In this document: positions 29,101 through 42,209 of the stretch, in pieces
How the letters are laid out: the number at the start of each line of letters is the position of its first letter
How positions within the stretch are numbered: the stretch's first letter is position 1
Source: Reclinomonas americana ATCC 50394
Lineage: Eukaryota
Direction: 5' to 3'
Assembly: GCA_048213135.1 (NCBI GenBank)
Contig: PS015093.1
Span: 171,443 to 230,414, forward strand
DNA: 58,972 nucleotides
Program-made: the position numbers and the translations under genes
Notes under the pieces: model-generated
What the model saw: only the letters and a program-made list of their open reading frames with translations
What the model was told of the DNA's origin: nothing
Databases searched by the model: none

Positions 29101-31047
29101 ATCGCCTTTGCAATGCACGGATGAAACAAATCCTCCACCGCACTCAGCGGCAACAATCCCACTCGCTCAGTCGCTCCTCCCGTCGAAGAAGAAGAAGACG
29201 AAGAGTCACCACTCTCCACAGTGGCATTCTTTGCTCGTTTCCTGCACAGAAAGAGAGAGACAAAGAGAGAAATGGCGAGTTAATGCAGGGAGGGAGAGGG
29301 AGAGAGCACAGTCAGCAGCGAAATGCAGCTGTTTTCACGTGCATTCCGTCCCTCACACTCTTGCTCATGCATGGACATGTGAGTGGAGTGGAGAGGAGAG
29401 GAGAGGAGAGGNNNNNNNNNNNNNNNNNNNNNNNNNNNNNNNNNNNNNNNNNNNNNNNNNNNNNNNNNNNNNNNNNNNNNNNNNNNNNNNNNNNNNNNNN
29501 NNNNNNNNNNNNNNNNNNNNNNNNNNNNNNNNNNNNNNNNNNNNNNNNNNNNNNNNNNNNNNNNNNNNNNNNNNNNNNNNNNNNNNNNNNNNNNNNNNNN
29601 NNNNNNNNNNNNNNNNNNNNNNNNNNNNNNNNNNNNNNNNNNNNNNNNNNNNNNNNNNNNNNNNNNNNNNNNNNNNNNNNNNNNNNNNNNNNNNNNNNNN
29701 NNNNNNNNNNNNNNNNNNNNNNNNNNNNNNNNNNNNNNNNNNNNNNNNNNNNNNNNNNNNNNNNNNNNNNNNNNNNNNNNNNNNNNNNNNNNNNNNNNNN
29801 NNNNNNNNNNNNNNNNNNNNNNNNNNNNNNNNNNNNNNNNNNNNNNNNNNNNNNNNNNNNNNNNNNNNNNNNNNNNNNNNNNNNNNNNNNNNNNNNNNNN
29901 NNNNNNNNNNNNNNNNNNNNNNNNNNNNNNNNNNNNNNNNNNNNNNNNNNNNNNNNNNNNNNNNNNNNNNNNNNNNNNNNNNNNNNNNNNNNNNNNNNNN
30001 NNNNNNNNNNNNNNNNNNNNNNNNNNNNNNNNNNNNNNNNNNNNNNNNNNNNNNNNNNNNNNNNNNNNNNNNNNNNNNNNNNNNNNNNNNNNNNNNNNNN
30101 NNNNNNNNNNNNNNNNNNNNNNNNNNNNNNNNNNNNNNNNNNNNNNNNNNNNNNNNNNNNNNNNNNNNNNNNNNNNNNNNNNNNNNNNNNNNNNNNNNNN
30201 NNNNNNNNNNNNNNNNNNNNNNNNNNNNNNNNNNNNNNNNNNNNNNNNNNNNNNNNNNNNNNNNNNNNNNNNNNNNNNNNNNNNNNNNNNNNNNNNNNNN
30301 NNNNNNNNNNNNNNNNNNNNNNNNNNNNNNNNNNNNNNNNNNNNNNNNNNAGAGGAGAGGAGAGGAGAGGAGAGGAGAGGAGAGGAGAGGAGAGGAGAGG
30401 AGAGGAGAGGAGAGGAGAGGAGAGGAGAGGAGAGGAGAGGAGAGGAGAGGAGAGGAGAGGAGAGGAGAGGAGAGGAGAGATAATAGGAGAGAGGGAGGAA
30501 AGGAGAGGAGAGAGAGGTAGAGTAAGGAAAGGGAGTGAGAATGGAAAAGAAAAGAGAGCAAGCAAGCGATAGAAAGGTGGGAGAGAGACAAAGAGCAAGG
30601 AAGAGATGGGGAGAAAGAGAGGACGGTGAGCCACAGGCGACAAAGAAGGGAAAAAAGAAGAGAGAAAGAGAGAAAGAGAGACTGAAGCAACACATGACTC
30701 TCAATGCATTCCTCTCTCTCAATGCGCAAACATGCGAAGTCAACACAGAGCTCATCGCATGCAGCTCTCTCTCTCTCTCTCTCTCTGCATATGCAAGACT
30801 GAGTGCAACTTGCATAGTCAGAACACTGTTCTTCACACAGCTCTCTTGTTCTCTTCTCTCTTCTCTCTCTCTGTGCCTCTCTGTGCGCGTGTGTGCGTGT
30901 GTGAGAATGCATGTGTGTATGTTTCATGCAAGTATCACACAACCCTCCTCTCCTGCACTTCTCCCTCTCACGCAACATCGGCCTCTCCTCCTTCTCCTCC
31001 TGCTCCACCAGCACATCCTTCTCCAACGCTCTCTTCCTCGATGACAT
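23181..31047 (-). CDS. DDX51: DEAD-box RNA helicase DDX51/Dbp6, multi-exon; two exon-bearing contigs (27302-27645 and 23181-23576) lie on the + strand
   Basis: Exon order: [10 protein letters not shown] (31047, -); ...[11 protein letters not shown] (29241-29094, -); [11 protein letters not shown]...[16 protein letters not shown]...PTRDLAQQV (27343-27644, +); VTPGRLV...[14 protein letters not shown] (-); [40 protein letters not shown]...[15 protein letters not shown] (23181-23576, +). [21 protein letters not shown] and SDAMARG are Dbp6/DDX51 hallmarks. Confidence 0.88.
25780..26445. repeat. Intronic degenerate minisatellite, ~55-65 bp unit
   Basis: Repeated CTGAAAGCACAAGAAAATCACCTGTCTGTCCTTCCC... 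units in the DDX51 intron that splits the DEAD motif. Confidence 0.9.
28490..29060. repeat. Intronic degenerate minisatellite, ~70 bp unit
   Basis: Repeated CCAAGTCAAGAAGAACACTCAACCACACAACCCAGCTTCTTTCAACCTGCCTCG... units. Confidence 0.88.
30351..30478. repeat. (AGAGG)n pentanucleotide microsatellite
   Basis: Perfect run flanking a gap, also present at 29391-29411. Confidence 0.95.
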
Positions 31048-31629
31048 GACACAAACAAACAAAGAGACAAATCACTGTCACTNNNNNNNNNNNNNNNNNN
31101 NNNNNNNNNNNNNNNNNNNNNNNNNNNNNNNNNNNNNNNNNNNNNNNNNNNNNNNNNNNNNNNNNNNNNNNNNNNNNNNNNNNNNNNNNNNNNNNNNNNN
31201 NNNNNNNNNNNNNNNNNNNNNNNNNNNNNNNNNNNNNNNNNNNNNNNNNNNNNNNNNNNNNNNNNNNNNNNNNNNNNNNNNNNNNNNNNNNNNNNNNNNN
31301 NNNNNNNNNNNNNNNNNNNNNNNNNNNNNNNNNNNNNNNNNNNNNNNNNNNNNNNNNNNNNNNNNNNNNNNNNNNNNNNNNNNNNNNNNNNNNNNNNNNN
31401 NNNNNNNNNNNNNNNNNNNNNNNNNNNNNNNNNNNNNNNNNNNNNNNNNNNNNNNNNNNNNNNNNNNNNNNNNNNNNNNNNNNNNNNNNNNNNNNNNNNN
31501 NNNNNNNNNNNNNNNNNNNNNNNNNNNNNNNNNNNNNNNNNNNNNNNNNNNNNNNNNNNNNNNNNNNNNNNNNNNNNNNNNNNNNNNNNNNNNNNNNNNN
31601 NNNNNNNNNNNNNNNNNNNNNNNNNNNNN

Positions 31630-31720
<91 letters not shown>

Positions 31721-31767
31721 TACACACACAGACACATACACACTTGGACACACACACACACACACAC
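31630..31767. repeat. (CA)n microsatellite
   Basis: Perfect then degenerate CA run ending just before the ATG at 31769. Confidence 0.95.
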
Positions 31768-31768
31768 A

Positions 31769-33366
31769 ATGGAGCTGGCCATCCCCACTCTCCTCCACCA
31801 CGCACTGCACTCTGCGTGGACGCGCCTCCACTCCGTGCTTCTCACTGCCTCGACGTTGCCTAGCGCATCTGAGAATCTCTGGTCGCTCTTGTCACACTCT
31901 GCGAGTGAGAGGAGTGCGTGGTGGTGGGCGTGGCGAGTGCAGGTGATGGCGAGGCGCGGCGAGTATGTGTGGTCGCATGTGCGGAAAGGGATGGCGTTGG
32001 CGAGGGAATTGGAGGGGAAGGAGGAGGAGGAAAAGGTCGTGCGGAAGGGAGTGGTGCGCGGGTTGGAGTATTGGAGGAGGGTGTATGAGTTGCGGAGGTG
32101 GTGGGAGGGAGGGGTGGACAAGGAGAAGGGTGAGAAGAGCTGTCTTTATCGTCACTCCGGAGCGGTCTTTCCTGCAGACTTGAGAGCTGTGCTGTTCACT
32201 GAAAGGCTGTGTCATGAGGTGTCTTGCTTGTACTGGGAAGCTGGCTTGCTTGCTGTGCAAATGCTGTCTCTTCTTCATCCTTGAGAGCTGTGCTGTTCCC
32301 TGGGAAGCTGCGTAGTGAGCTGTCTTGCTTGTCATGACCGGAAGAGCTGTCTTGATCGTCGCAGGAAGCTGGATTGTTTGCTGTCTCTAGAAGTGCATTA
32401 CCTTGCATGCTTTGAGAGCTTGTGTTGTTCACTGGGTGAGGTGTCTTGCTTGCAGTCAAGCTGATTTGTCACGTGGGAGCAGTCTTTCTTGCTTTGTTGA
32501 GACTCGCTGCTTGACTTGCTGCAAGGCTGTTTGTAGTCTTGCCTCATTTCCATTTGAGAGCTGTGCTGTTCACTGGGAAGCTGTGTCGTGAGGTGCCGTG
32601 CTTGTACCCGTGAGAAACACTGTCTTTATCGTCACTTGGGGGCTGTCCTTTTCGCAGCCTTGCGAAGTGCTTGCGTTGTTTGCCGTGTGTCTGCGCGATA
32701 AGCTGTCTCTTTTTGTTGAGTGAGAAGAGCTGTCTTGATCGTCCGTGTTGAGGCTAGCGCTCGAGAGTTGGAGCAGGAGGTGGTGCACGGGTTGGAGTAT
32801 TGGAGGAGGGTGTATGAGTTGCGGAGGAGGTGGGAGGGAGGGAGGGAGACTGGGAAGAGCTGTCTTTATCGTCGCTTGGGGGCGGTCACTGGGAAGCTGT
32901 GTCGTGAGGTGCCTTGCATGCAGCTGTGAGAAACGCTGTCTTGATCGTCACTGGAAGCTGGATTGTTTGCTGCGAGGCTGCGCGAAAAGTCATCTTTGAG
33001 CTGTGCTGTTCCCTGGGAAGCTGTGTCGTGAGGTGCCTTGCTTGTAATCGCCGGAAGAGCTGCCTTGATCGTCACTTGAGCGTAGGATTGCTTGCAGTCT
33101 TCAGTTGCATTGTTGCTGTGTGTGTATCTGCGCGAAAAGTTTTCTTTTGAGCTGCAGAAGCTGTGTCGAGGGCGTAACGCTGTCTCTCTTCCAACCTTGT
33201 GGAGCTGCCTCGCTCTCATTTTATGGCGACTGTTCTCTCTTCCCCTTCCGCCCCTTCTCCTCCCGTTGCTTACTCTTCACACAGGGAACGCCACGGTCGC
33301 TCCTCCCCCTCCACCACCGACCTCCGCATGCGTCTCCACCACCGAATCCACCCACCAGCACCACTC
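31769..33366 (+). CDS. Hypothetical protein, 3'-partial (exons 31769-32129 and 33285-gap)
   Basis: MELAIPTLLHHALHSAW...GLEYWRRVYELRRWWEGGVDKEK ends at an AAGG|GTGAGA donor that is in phase with the CACAG acceptor at 33284. It is divergent from DDX51. No family recognised. Confidence 0.5.
32130..33190. repeat. Intronic degenerate repeats with a partial copy of the upstream exon
   Basis: Recurring GAAGAGCTGTCTTGATCGTCAC and GAGCTGTGCTGTTCACTGGGAAGCTGTGTCGTGAGGTG motifs. Confidence 0.8.
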
Positions 33367-34787
33367 NNNNNNNNNNNNNNNNNNNNNNNNNNNNNNNNNN
33401 NNNNNNNNNNNNNNNNNNNNNNNNNNNNNNNNNNNNNNNNNNNNNNNNNNNNNNNNNNNNNNNNNNNNNNNNNNNNNNNNNNNNNNNNNNNNNNNNNNNN
33501 NNNNNNNNNNNNNNNNNNNNNNNNNNNNNNNNNNNNNNNNNNNNNNNNNNNNNNNNNNNNNNNNNNNNNNNNNNNNNNNNNNNNNNNNNNNNNNNNNNNN
33601 NNNNNNNNNNNNNNNNNNNNNNNNNNNNNNNNNNNNNNNNNNNNNNNNNNNNNNNNNNNNNNNNNNNNNNNNNNNNNNNNNNNNNNNNNNNNNNNNNNNN
33701 NNNNNNNNNNNNNNNNNNNNNNNNNNNNNNNNNNNNNNNNNNNNNNNNNNNNNNNNNNNNNNNNNNNNNNNNNNNNNNNNNNNNNNNNNNNNNNNNNNNN
33801 NNNNNNNNNNNNNNNNNNNNNNNNNNNNNNNNNNNNNNNNNNNNNNNNNNNNNNNNNNNNNNNNNNNNNNNNNNNNNNNNNNNNNNNNNNNNNNNNNNNN
33901 NNNNNNNNNNNNNNNNNNNNNNNNNNNNNNNNNNNNNNNNNNNNNNNNNNNNNNNNNNNNNNNNNNNNNNNNNNNNNNNNNNNNNNNNNNNNNNNNNNNN
34001 NNNNNNNNNNNNNNNNNNNNNNNNNNNNNNNNNNNNNNNNNNNNNNNNNNNNNNNNNNNNNNNNNNNNNNNNNNNNNNNNNNNNNNNNNNNNNNNNNNNN
34101 NNNNNNNNNNNNNNNNNNNNNNNNNNNNNNNNNNNNNNNNNNNNNNNNNNNNNNNNNNNNNNNNNNNNNNNNNNNNNNNNNNNNNNNNNNNNNNNNNNNN
34201 NNNNNNNNNNNNNNNNNNNNNNNNNNNNNNNNNNNNNNNNNNNNNNNNNNNNNNNNNNNNNNNTCATAAAGCACCCCCCAGCACGCAATCAAGCGAACAG
34301 CGAACGGCATCGACATCGATATCTCCACGTACAAGAACGCGATCGAAAAAGAAAGCGCGCAAGAGCTCTGCGTTATCACAGACGCTCTACAGTGAACCAC
34401 TTCGCAAGTCGCAATTCGCTTCCTCTCATCGCTATAACGAACGTCGCGTGTCCTCGCAATCATCCCTTGCTCCTGTCTTTGCGCGCGCGCACTCAGTCTC
34501 TCTCCTCTCGCGCGATGACGTGGCGCCCTCGCCACCGCCGCGACGTTCCCTGCTGTCAAGGCCTCACACACCACGTTCTCGAGAAGTGCCCATGCAGTTA
34601 CGACAATTCCCCTCTCTCTCACTCTCTCACTCTCTCTTTCTGACTCTTTCCACAGTGTGTCAGTGGTTCCTCTGTGTGCCCTCCTGCTGTGCATGCTGTG
34701 GAGGCTGCGATAAGGCACTGTGTCTGCAGATCAGATCGTCGCTCAATCGATCGTGTCAAGGCGAAGGCGTGGCAGTCGTTGCGCAAC

Positions 34788-34820
<33 letters not shown>

Positions 34821-35382
34821 CAGAGAGACAGAGAGAGAGAGAGGAGGGNNNNNNNNNNNNNNNNNNNNNNNNNNNNNNNNNNNNNNNNNNNNNNNNNNNN
34901 NNNNNNNNNNNNNNNNNNNNNNNNNNNNNNNNNNNNNNNNNNNNNNNNNNNNNNNNNNNNNNNNNNNNNNNNNNNNNNNNNNNNNNNNNNNNNNNNNNNN
35001 NNNNNNNNNNNNNNNNNNNNNNNNNNNNNNNNNNNNNNNNNNNNNNNNNNNNNNNNNNNNNNNNNNNNNNNNNNNNNNNNNNNNNNNNNNNNNNNNNNNN
35101 NNNNNNNNNNNNNNNNNNNNNNNNNNNNNNNNNNNNNNNNNNNNNNNNNNNNNNNNNNNNNNNNNNNNNNNNNNNNNNNNNNNNNNNNNNNNNNNNNNNN
35201 NNNNNNNNNNNNNNNNNNNNNNNNNNNNNNNNNNNNNNNNNNNNNNNNNNNNNNNNNNNNNNNNNNNNNNNNNNNNNNNNNNNNNNNNNNNNNNNNNNNN
35301 NNNNNNNCTCTCTCTCTCTCTCTCTCTCTCTCTGTGTCTGCAACAGCCTCGTCGTCTTGCGCATCATCATCACCACGGTCAC

Positions 35383-38223
35383 ATGCTGTCTCCGCAAGGC
35401 ACTGAGATGCAGGATATGTCGACTCCAGCAGCTGCAGCAGAGACTCCCAAGGCGACGACTGCCACAGGCACAGTGCCTGTGCATTTGCGCAACAAGTCGC
35501 TCAGTAACGATGCACTGCCTCGTGGACGCGCACGGGCCAACTCTGCAGGAGGCGATCGCGTGATGTTGAAGGACGTGGGCAGTGCACTGTCGACTCCTGC
35601 GCTTGCTGTTGGAGCTGGAGGAGGAGTGGCGGCAGTGCATCGGCCTCCGCGGATGGAGTCTATTGCTTCGAATGCGAGCAGCGTGGCCGCGGGCTCGGCG
35701 GGAAGCGAGGCGGCGGCGGCGGGTCTTGTGGGCGATGATTACTCGGAGATGGTGCAGACGCCGGCGAACCCGCGAAATAATCGACCGCTGGCGACTGGTA
35801 AGAGGGAGGGAGGGAGGGAGAAGAGAGGAGTGGGTGAGAGAGAGAGAGGAGAAGAGGTAGAGTGACAAACAAGAGACGCTGTCTCTCTCTTCGTGACATG
35901 AGTGGTGCTGTCTCTCCCACTCCCCGCATCCGCTTTCTTTATTCTTGTGATCTGACTGTGGCTGGCTTGCCGTTTCTCTCTCTTTCTTTCTCTCACTCTT
36001 TCTCTGCAACTTCCCCCCCTCTCCATGCCTCTCGCTTCGTCTCTTCTCCAACTCTTCCCGAGTTGCCTCCTCACCCCTCCCTCTCTCTTTCACTCCTTTC
36101 CTCTTCCTCATCCACTGTCTTTCTCTTTGTGACTTGAGTGTGGCTGACTCTCCTTTTCTCCGGCGTTCTCTCTCGCTCCCCCGCTGCCTCTCACTCTTTC
36201 TACTTGACTTAAGTTAGTCTCACTTTCCGTTTCTCACTCTTTCGTTCTCTCAGTCTTCTCTCCGGCTCACCCTCTTCCTCGTTTCGTTCTCTCCCCCACT
36301 CATCTCCTCTCTCCTCCCGTCTCCGAGACGTGAGTGGTGCTGTACCTCCCTCTCTCCATCTCTCTTTCGCTCTCCTTTCCTCTTTCTCTCAGTGGCTCCC
36401 TCTCTCCCCTCTCCTTCTCCCACTTCCTCTCTCTCGTGGTGCTGACTCTCTCCCTCTCCCTCTGCCCCCCACAGTGACCAGCATGCCTAAGCGCGTGCTG
36501 GAGATGCTCTCACGCATGAAGACCTGGCACACCATCGACAACTACTTTATGCAGCTGTACTGCAAAGAGCTGCCGGGGTTGCAGCTGCTGGCGCAGGCCC
36601 TCCCGCTGACCTCACGCGTGCAGCGCGTCGATTTTTATCGTGCGTTTTTTTGAGGGCAAGGGTGTTGCCTGCGCTTGCTACAAACATGTGTGTTGCTCAG
36701 GTCGCGCATTTTCTCCCTGGGAACTGGAGCTGGTCTCCGACGCGATGGTGTACAATAGATCTGTAAAGTCGTTTTCCCTGCGCGGTGAGTGGAAGGGAAG
36801 TGTTAGTTGGCTCTGTGTGCTCGCCTCGCCTTGCGTGCGCTGTCTCTCTTTGTTCGCCTCTCATTTTCTCTCCACCCGCCTTGCATTCGCTGCCAGTCAG
36901 CTCTCCTTCGTTAGCTTTCACTGCGCTAATCTAAGGTCCGCTGTCTTTCCGCGCTCGCGTTGCGCTGTCTCTTTTCGCCTTTCGATCGCCGTCGCTCCGC
37001 GCCGCGATTCTCCGTCTCTCCACTTGCCTTGTATTTGCTGTCTCTCAACTTGCCTTGTATTCGCTGTCTCTCCACTCACCTTCACGTTTCTACCAATCTA
37101 GTCTCCTGTCTTTGCCGTCACCGCACTCGCCTTGCGTTCGCTGTCTCTCCGCGCTCGCCATGCGCTGTCTCTCCGCGCTCGCCATGCGCTGTCTCTCCGC
37201 GCTCGCCATGCGCTGTCTCTCCTCGCCATGCTGTCTCTGTCTCTCTGTTTGCCTTACATTCACTGTCTGTCGTCGCCACGCTATCGCCGTCGCTCCTCTC
37301 GCCTTGCATGCTGTTGTTCGCGCTGCGCTGTCTCTCCCTTTCCCCAGTTCGTCTTTCGTCTTTCGTTCTATTTCTCCCTCTTACCACCCTCACTATCTCG
37401 CCTCTTCTCGCAGACTCGCGCCCACACCGCGCCGGCCTGAACCATTTTCTCGACATGCTGACCCTCAACGCCACGATCACCGAACTCAACTTGTCCGGTG
37501 CGTGCGCGCCTGTGCGCCACCGTCTGCTGAGCATCGTTCTCACCTGCAGGCACAGGTGTGGAGCTGCCGGGCGATACCTTCACCCGTTTTCTCGAAGTTT
37601 TCCGTCACAACGTCACCTGGAAGACACTGGACATGTCGAGCTGCATGCGCTTTGGCAGCGGCAACTCGCCCAACGAGTTTCTCGAGATTCTCGGCGGCAA
37701 CTCGAGCTTAGTTGGCGTGCACCTGGATCGTTGAGTTTTCATGCCATGACGGCGAAGTGCTGCTCTCTCTTCTCACCTCTTTCTTGTCACAGACACGTTT
37801 CTCGGCGACGCCATGCTCACATTACTCCTCAACTCGCTGGTGGAGAACTCGACGCTGCGATACATTAGTTTGAATGGTTGGTCTCACCTTTTTTCTGTCT
37901 TCCTTGTGTCAATGATCTCATTGTCTCGCCACAGACTGCATGCTGTTTGACAAGGGCGCGTGCGACCTGTCGCGCTTGCTCCTCTCCCCGCGTACACAGC
38001 TCACAAGTTTGTCGCTTCGAGGTGCGATGAGAAGCGGAATGTGCCCTTCCCGCTTTACTCTTTCTAACAGTGTAAGCAGAGAACTTCCTCTCTGACCGCG
38101 GAGCCATGGCCGTGTGGGATGTGCTAAAGCACGAGGAGAGCCGGGACAGTGTTATTGTTGGCGGTGAGTGGTGTGGCGACTGTGGACCAGGCAACATGTT
38201 CCCTCCATGCGGCTGCTTCCTGT

Positions 38224-38254
<31 letters not shown>

Positions 38255-39644
38255 CTCTCTCTCTCTCCGTGGTCCATCTCGTCTTTCTCCCCTGTCACCG
38301 TTGGTTCTTCTTTCCTCATGCTGCGTCTTTTTCTCACACTTTGACTCGCTGTCTTCTTCGCCTCTTCCTCCTTCGCCCTTGCTCGCTCTCTCATTGACCC
38401 TTTGTCTCGCTCTCTCCCTCGACCTTGCTTCTCCTGCCACGCTCATGCTTCCTTTCCCTCAATCTCCTTCACCCTTTGCCTCTCTCTTACTCCTCTCTTT
38501 TGCCATTTCTTAACCCCTCGCCTGTGTCTCCGTCTCCTATTTGCCAAAATTTGAGTTTCCCTTTGCCCTTTCCCCCCTCTCTCTCGCCCTCTCTCTCCTC
38601 TTCTCCGTCTCCTCCCTTCACTCCTTCCCCAACGCCTGACCCTCTAACCGTCTCCGTTTCTTCGTTTTCACCTTTCGCCTCTTTTCTTTCTCTCTTCGTT
38701 TACCTCTCCCTCACCCTTCCCCTCCTCCCCCCTTTCCCTTCCCCCCTCTCTCCCCCTTCCCGCTTTGGCAGACCCTGGGATGCACATCGAAGTCCGCGAA
38801 GTCATCAACACCATGAGCGGCCTCAACCAAGAACTCCGCCTCGTCACCCTCCTCCTCGAAGCCCTCCGCCGCCAGCGCACCGATCCCGACGTCTCGCGCA
38901 CCTCCTCGGTCACCTCCAACAGTCCGAGTGAGGACGACTATCTCGAGGCCGACTTGCCGGTCCCTGTATATGCTGACGCTGTGCAGGTGCGTCTTTCATC
39001 GCCCTTTCCCTTCTCTTTGTCTCCTCATGACGGTGGGCGCAGGACGATGAGCTCTCCGACTTGGCCTCTGTTCGCTCGCACCACCGCGGCCCCTCGTTCG
39101 TTCTGGTCCATTCGCCAGCAGTGCGCGCTCGTCTGGCCAGCGGCGATGCCCCGCCGTCTCCATCGCCGTTTGAGGTAAAGTGCATTCAATGGCTGCCTGT
39201 CTCTTCTCTCTTGCTCTGCTCTATCGCTCTTTCTCTCCACCTCTGTCTGTTTGTCTGTCCGTCTGTCTGTTGTCTCCCTCCCTCTCTCCGTTTCCCTTTT
39301 CTGTTTGTTTGTTTTTTGTTTGTTTGTCTGTCTTTCTCTCTGCTCTCTCACTTCTCTCTGCGTCAGTCATTCGGTCTGTCTCTCTGTCTCTCACTCTCGC
39401 ATTCTCTGTCTCTTGCTGATTTTCATTCTTCTTCTTCTCTCTCCACGTCTGTCTGTCCGTCTGTCTGTCTGTGTGCGTGTCTGTGTCTGTCTGTCTGTTT
39501 GTCTGTCTGCCTGTCTGCCTGTCTCTCTCTTTTATTTCTTTCTCTTTAATCTCCTCCGTTTCCCCTCCCTCTCTTTCTCTCTTTCTCTCTCTCTCTCTNN
39601 NNNNNNNNNNNNNNNNNNCTTACTCTCTCCTCCTCCTCTCTTCT

Positions 39645-39694
<50 letters not shown>

Positions 39695-41728
39695 GTGTGT
39701 TAGTCTGTTCGTGTCCTTGTCAGTTTGTAAGTCACCTTGTCTTTCTTTCTTACTCTCTGGTTGTCCGTCTGTCTGTCTGTCTCTCACTCTCAGTCTCCAT
39801 CCCTCCATCCTTCCCTCCCTCCTCAGCCTCCCTCTCCCTCCCTCCCTCCCTCCTTCCTCACTCTTTTCCCTCCCTCCCTCCCTCCCCTGTCTCCCTCCCT
39901 CCCTCTATTCACCTCCCTCCACCAGCTCGACGACCCCTTCGCCGGCAGCGGCGTGGGAGCACTCTTCCCTGTGCAACGCACTGGCTCCGGCTCGTCGCGC
40001 CCGGTGTCAACCACCGCCCGCCAGTCCGCCACCACGCAGCACCATTTCGAAGACGGCGACGGAGGTTTCCCGGCGCGAGGATTCGTGGAGAGCCCGCTTG
40101 ACAACAGCGGGACAGACTCGGATAGCGACGACGACGACGACGACGACGAAGAGGAGGAAGAGGAGGAGGAGGTAGAAGAGATTGCCGACGACGACGACAC
40201 GCACTTGTTCGCACATCCGGGTGTGGTGGTGTTGCCGTCGCCGGCGCATCAACGACACCCGCATGATTTGTCGCAGGAGCAGACGTGTGACATTACCACT
40301 CTCGGTTCTTCGTCGTTTGTCAGCGGCGGTACGCCTCCGCGGCTTCTGGGAGCCACGTCGGACTCGATAGTGTCGCCGCAGGGGACCACTCGCCTGCTGC
40401 TGGAGTTGGCGGAGAACGAGTCGCCGACGCCGGGTGTCGAGCGCGGCAACACGCTCAGACTACCGCGCACGCCGCTGTCGGAGATCGGCTCGCATGACCA
40501 CTTGCTGCAGCCGGGCGAGCATGACGACGACGACGATGAAGATGATGACGATGACCCCGGGCATAGCGGCGACGACGATGCGCCGACATCGATTGCATCG
40601 CCACCTCTGCACGCGGCGCGTGAATACGGCGACCTGCTGCGCCAGCCGGCGTCGTCGTCACACGTCATTCCGGTTGCCGCACAGGCGCGTCGATTGCTGG
40701 GCTTGCCGCATCGCATCCGCGACGGTGTGCCAGACGACTCGCACAGCGATGAAATGCACGGTTTGATGGATCGTGAGGACACGGCGACCACCGGCACCAC
40801 CAACACGGGAACAACGCCGCGCGACACACCGTATCTGTCGCCCGGCAACGAACTCCCACTGGCGCGCCACAGCTTGCCCGGCGTGCGGCTGCAGGAGACG
40901 CTGCCGCCCGGCGCATCTGTTGGCACCACTGGTCATCTTGTTGGCCCACCGCTGCTGTTCCCGACGAACCGGCGTCGCGACTCTGGCAGCGCCGCCGCCG
41001 GCGTGATTCGCCAGTCGCGCAGCATGAGTCCCGACGCACTGTCGCTGGATGCCTACCAGACGCCGCGTGTCGACTCGTCGGCACCGTCGGAGCATGCGCG
41101 CTCGGACGACGCCATGCAGCCACTGATGGTGTCGGCCAGCGACGTGCGTGTCGGCTTCACCAGCAGCGACAAGCAGGTCCCGTCGAGTGCGAGCACCGTG
41201 GGCGAGGTGGGCGGCGATTTACCCGACTCGGACGACGACTACCCCGCCGACGATGACCGTCGCGAGGTGGAGGAGGTGGAGCCAGTGCCGCGGCTGGCAC
41301 GAGGCAAGCAGTCGGCCATTCGCGGCACCGCGTCGCTGCCCCCAGTGCAGGCCTTCAGTGCTGCCGGTCCCAACTTGACGGCGGCCACCTCGCCACCGGC
41401 CTCGACTGCTGCAACTACAACCACCACCACCACCACCACCACGGTCGTCACCGCGACTACCGGCACCGCCGCCGCCGGAGCAGCGCCAGCACCACCAGCA
41501 CCATCGCGGCCACTGCGCAAACCGGCAGACAGCGCGGCGCCACTACCACGACCAGGCGCCGACGCACGTCGACGCCGTCGCAAGTCGAAGAAGCCGAAAC
41601 CGCTCAGCGCCGACGAGCTGGCCATTCGATGCCTCGAATGTGTAGCCGCCCACCTCATGCATCTCCGCAAGGTCGGCGAGCAGCGTCGGTCCGCCAGCGT
41701 GTCTTCGTATGGCTACGGGATAAGGTAA
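35383..41728 (+). CDS. RNI-like leucine-rich repeat protein with a long acidic/disordered C-terminus, multi-exon (start uncertain)
   Basis: Successive short exons each encode about one LRR: NRSVKSFSLR, NATITELNLS, NVTWKTLDMS, NSSLVGVHLD|HTFLGD, NSTLRYISLN|DCMLFDKGA, TQLTSLSLR|ENFLSDRGA. A large terminal exon runs ~39925-41728. Confidence 0.75.
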
Positions 41729-41829
41729 TAAGATGGCATCGGGAATATATACAGATCGAGCTTTTTTGTTTGTTTACGAAAGAATATTGTGAGGGAAAAA
41801 CAAAGAGAGAGAAAAGCAAATCACCACTT

Positions 41830-42157
41830 CTAATCTGTATTGTCCTTGATCACTACTGGTACTGCGGCGGCCGTCTTTTGCACGTGCACGTAGGTGGCCA
41901 CCGTGGCCGCCACGCGAATGACCAGGCTGAGGAAGGTGGGGAGGCCGAACATGCGGACGGCGAGGCTGCGGGAGGGGTAGAGGGGAGAAGGGGGGGGAGA
42001 GTGAGATAAAGTGAGGATTGAAGCAGGGCGGGCTGAGAAACGAGGGAATAGGAGGAAGGCGAAGTAACGGAGCATGCAAACTTAGGGGCAACGAGATTGA
42101 CAGAGCAACAGGAGGAGACCTTTCTCGTTGTCCCTTTCTGACAGCAGTGAAGAAGTG

Positions 42158-42209
<52 letters not shown>

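Noticed and set aside
35383-41728. LRR gene as a second NLR partner
   Set aside because: No P-loop NTPase was seen in the available sequence and it lies over 20 kb away, so there is no evidence of linkage.
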